64,000 bases of DNA, taken from the NCBI GenBank assembly GCA_964607405.1, contig CAZSKF010000001.1:1140-65139 (forward strand), in the 5' to 3' direction. Positions 61,638-64,000 of this stretch are shown here, piece after piece; the stretch's first letter is position 1; each line of letters starts with the position of its first letter. This stretch comes from an uncultured Proteiniphilum sp. (GTDB lineage Bacteria; Bacteroidota; Bacteroidia; Bacteroidales; Dysgonomonadaceae). The translations under genes were made by a program, and so were the position numbers. A model generated the notes under the pieces. That model was not told where the DNA came from. It worked only from the letters and a program-made list of their open reading frames with translations, and searched no databases.

Positions 61638-63563
61638 ATGAATTCGGCAATATTTCATGATATTTTAAAAGAATATTGGGGCTATAGCTCATTCAGACCT
61701 CTTCAAGAACAAATCATACAATCAGTAAGTGAGAAGAGAGATACATTAGGACTCATGCCCACCGGAGGGGGAAAATCAATAACCTTCCAAGTGCCTACAA
61801 TGGCTATGCCGGGCATAAGTCTTGTTGTAACTCCTCTCATTGCGCTGATGAAAGACCAGGTGGACAACCTTCGTGCGAAGGGTATCAAGGCAGCCACCAT
61901 CTACTCCGGAATGTCAAGGCAGGATATCATAGCCACACTTGAAAACTGCATATTTGGCGACTACAAATTCCTTTACGTATCACCCGAAAGGCTATCTTCC
62001 GATTTATTTTTAACCAAACTACAGGCAATGAATGTATGCCTGCTGGTGGTTGACGAATCACACTGTATATCACAATGGGGATACGACTTCAGGCCATCCT
62101 ATCTTAAGATAGCAGACATTCGAGACAGACTACCCGATGTTCCGGTACTGGCACTAACAGCCACTGCCACAAAGGAAGTTGCAGATGATATCCAAAACAA
62201 ACTCCATTTTAAAAAGAAAAATGTTTTCAGAACCAGCTTCGAGAGAGACAATCTCTCTTACGTGGTAAGACAAACAGAGGATAAACTAAAAGAACTCATT
62301 CACATACTTAATTCAGTAAGTGGCACCGGCATTGTGTATGTTCGCAGCAGAAGTCAAACCAAAGAAATAGCATTAATGCTTAGGGAGAATAATATCTCAG
62401 CAGATTTTTTTCATGCAGGTCTCTCGCACGAACAAAAAACATTAAAGCAAAATGCATGGAAGACAAGTGAAACCAGAGTAATTGTTTCCACAAACGCATT
62501 TGGCATGGGTATAGACAAGCCGGATGTAAGGATAGTAGTCCATATGGACCTCCCCAACTCCATTGAAGAGTATTACCAAGAGGCAGGAAGGGCAGGAAGA
62601 GATGGCAAAAGAGCTTTCGCCACAATACTATATAACAAAGCAGACTCCACAAAGCTTAAAAAGAGAATTAGTGATTCATTTCCCGAGCGTAGTTTTATTA
62701 AAAGGGTTTATGAAGCACTGAGCAACTATAACCAAGTGGCAATAGGGTCAGGTATCAACCAAGTATTTGATTTCAATCTTTATGAGTTCTGCGTTCCCTA
62801 CAAGCTTCCCCTTTTGCAAACACATCATGCACTAAAAATTTTAGAGCTGGCAGGATATATTGACTATATCGAGGAGGTGGATGCCAGATCATTAATAAAA
62901 TTCAATATTCTACGTGATGAATTATATACTCTAAACCTATCAAAAGAGAGTTCAGATGTTATATACACCATTCTCCGCAACTACACCGGTATATTTTCAG
63001 ACTACACATCCATTGATGAAGGGTTCTTAGGCACAACTCTCAATCGTTCTCGCAACGATATATATCAAACACTGACACAGCTTGCCAAAATAAGGCATAT
63101 CAGCTATATTCCACAAAAGAAAACCCCTTTCATTATTTACAAAACATCAAGAGAAGATACAGAATTCGTATCTATCCCTAAAGTTGTCCTAGAGCATAGG
63201 AAAGAAAGATTTCAGAATCGCATTGAGTCTATTGTTTACTACGCCGAAAATGAGCTTTACTGCAGAAGCAGAATCCTGCTAACATATTTCAATGAAAAGA
63301 AAATAAAGGATTGTGGCTCGTGTGACGTATGTCTTAAGAAGAACAAAACAGGACTTACAAACTATGAGTATTCAAAGATATCTCACGATCTTAATACAAA
63401 ACTGGAGGAGCAATCACCACAAAAACTAATCCCTCTGGTAGAATCCCTGAGCGAATATGAACCAGATAAGATAATAACGGTTATCAGATTTCAGGTAGAT
63501 CAGGGCATATTAATGCTAGATGGGGATGATAATATCTCTTTAAAGAAAAAGAACAAAGAATAA
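61638..63563 (+). CDS. recQ: RecQ-family ATP-dependent DNA helicase
   Basis: MPTGGGKS, DESHCISQWGYDFRP, QEAGRAGRDG, Zn-binding CRS...CGSCDVC. Confidence 0.95.
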   Translation: MNSAIFHDILKEYWGYSSFRPLQEQIIQSVSEKRDTLGLMPTGGGKSITFQVPTMAMPGISLVVTPLIALMKDQVDNLRAKGIKAATIYSGMSRQDIIATLENCIFGDYKFLYVSPERLSSDLFLTKLQAMNVCLLVVDESHCISQWGYDFRPSYLKIADIRDRLPDVPVLALTATATKEVADDIQNKLHFKKKNVFRTSFERDNLSYVVRQTEDKLKELIHILNSVSGTGIVYVRSRSQTKEIALMLRENNISADFFHAGLSHEQKTLKQNAWKTSETRVIVSTNAFGMGIDKPDVRIVVHMDLPNSIEEYYQEAGRAGRDGKRAFATILYNKADSTKLKKRISDSFPERSFIKRVYEALSNYNQVAIGSGINQVFDFNLYEFCVPYKLPLLQTHHALKILELAGYIDYIEEVDARSLIKFNILRDELYTLNLSKESSDVIYTILRNYTGIFSDYTSIDEGFLGTTLNRSRNDIYQTLTQLAKIRHISYIPQKKTPFIIYKTSREDTEFVSIPKVVLEHRKERFQNRIESIVYYAENELYCRSRILLTYFNEKKIKDCGSCDVCLKKNKTGLTNYEYSKISHDLNTKLEEQSPQKLIPLVESLSEYEPDKIITVIRFQVDQGILMLDGDDNISLKKKNKE

Positions 63564-63573
63564 TACCGCAAGT

Positions 63574-64000
63574 CTAAACCATATCAACATCATAAGAAAT
63601 ACTCACGTATCTATATTTGTCAATTGCTCTAAATTGACTTTCAACACGCCTGATGTAATTCCTCACCTTAACGTGAGACATATTACTATCCAGCTTCAAT
63701 AATATTTCACGTATATGACTGCGTTTTACATAACTCACAACGGGCTTGTTTGGTCCCAACACCATATTGCCAAGTGATTTTCTGAGAGTATTTGCAAAAA
63801 ATATAGATCCTGCCTCTACAACATCTTCATTTCTATTTTTAAAAACAATAGATATCAATTTTGTATAAGGCGGATATCGAAACAGCTTTCGTTCACCCAA
63901 TTGAGATTGATAAAAACCCACATAATCATTTGATTGCAGATATCTAAAAACCCCCATTTCCGGATTGGCCGCCTGAATTATCACCTTGCCCTGGTCTCCT
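63574..64000 (-). CDS. priA: Primosomal protein N' (PriA), C-terminal part; 5' end outside the window
   Basis: VIIQA.NP, ER..F.YPPY, VLGP, terminal DVD pattern of the PriA CTD. Confidence 0.85.
   Translation of the reverse strand, partial: GDQGKVIIQAANPEMGVFRYLQSNDYVGFYQSQLGERKLFRYPPYTKLISIVFKNRNEDVVEAGSIFFANTLRKSLGNMVLGPNKPVVSYVKRSHIREILLKLDSNMSHVKVRNYIRRVESQFRAIDKYRYVSISYDVDMV

Overview
AT-rich bacterial chromosome segment from a Bacteroidales organism. This is supported by TAnnTTTG -7 promoters, SD-less AT-rich starts, the dapB-lepB-wbqC and amidase-mlaD-dnaA gene orders, and a Bacteroides-type tryptophanase. A Dysgonomonadaceae/Porphyromonadaceae-like amino-acid fermenter is my inference. 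Most of the window is housekeeping: guaA, gltX, lepB, dapB, rnr, queG, ptb-buk, adk-obgE-pgeF, sod, ftsH, rsfS, rnhB, dnaA, rpe, comEC, rimP-nusA-infB, skp-murI-cvpA, tRNA(CAU), ask, tnaA, hflX, mnmA, POT transporter, recJ-recQ, priA. I saw no integrase, transposase, cas gene or CRISPR array. The main unexplained signal is a non-coding 84-bp tandem repeat with an internal 14-bp inverted repeat and no indels. It occurs as two arrays 22 kb apart (16049-16384 and 37844-38095) that both decay rightwards, and the second lies upstream of an orphan DUF6261/HagB-like gene. Other points of note are a GuaA lacking its glutaminase catalytic Cys, an Fe/Mn SOD with a lipoprotein signal and a second internal start, a ~112-nt rod-shaped RNA candidate after infB, a three-hairpin leader before recJ-recQ, and a lone ectoine-type aspartate kinase beside the tRNA. 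All family calls come from motif recognition, not database searches.
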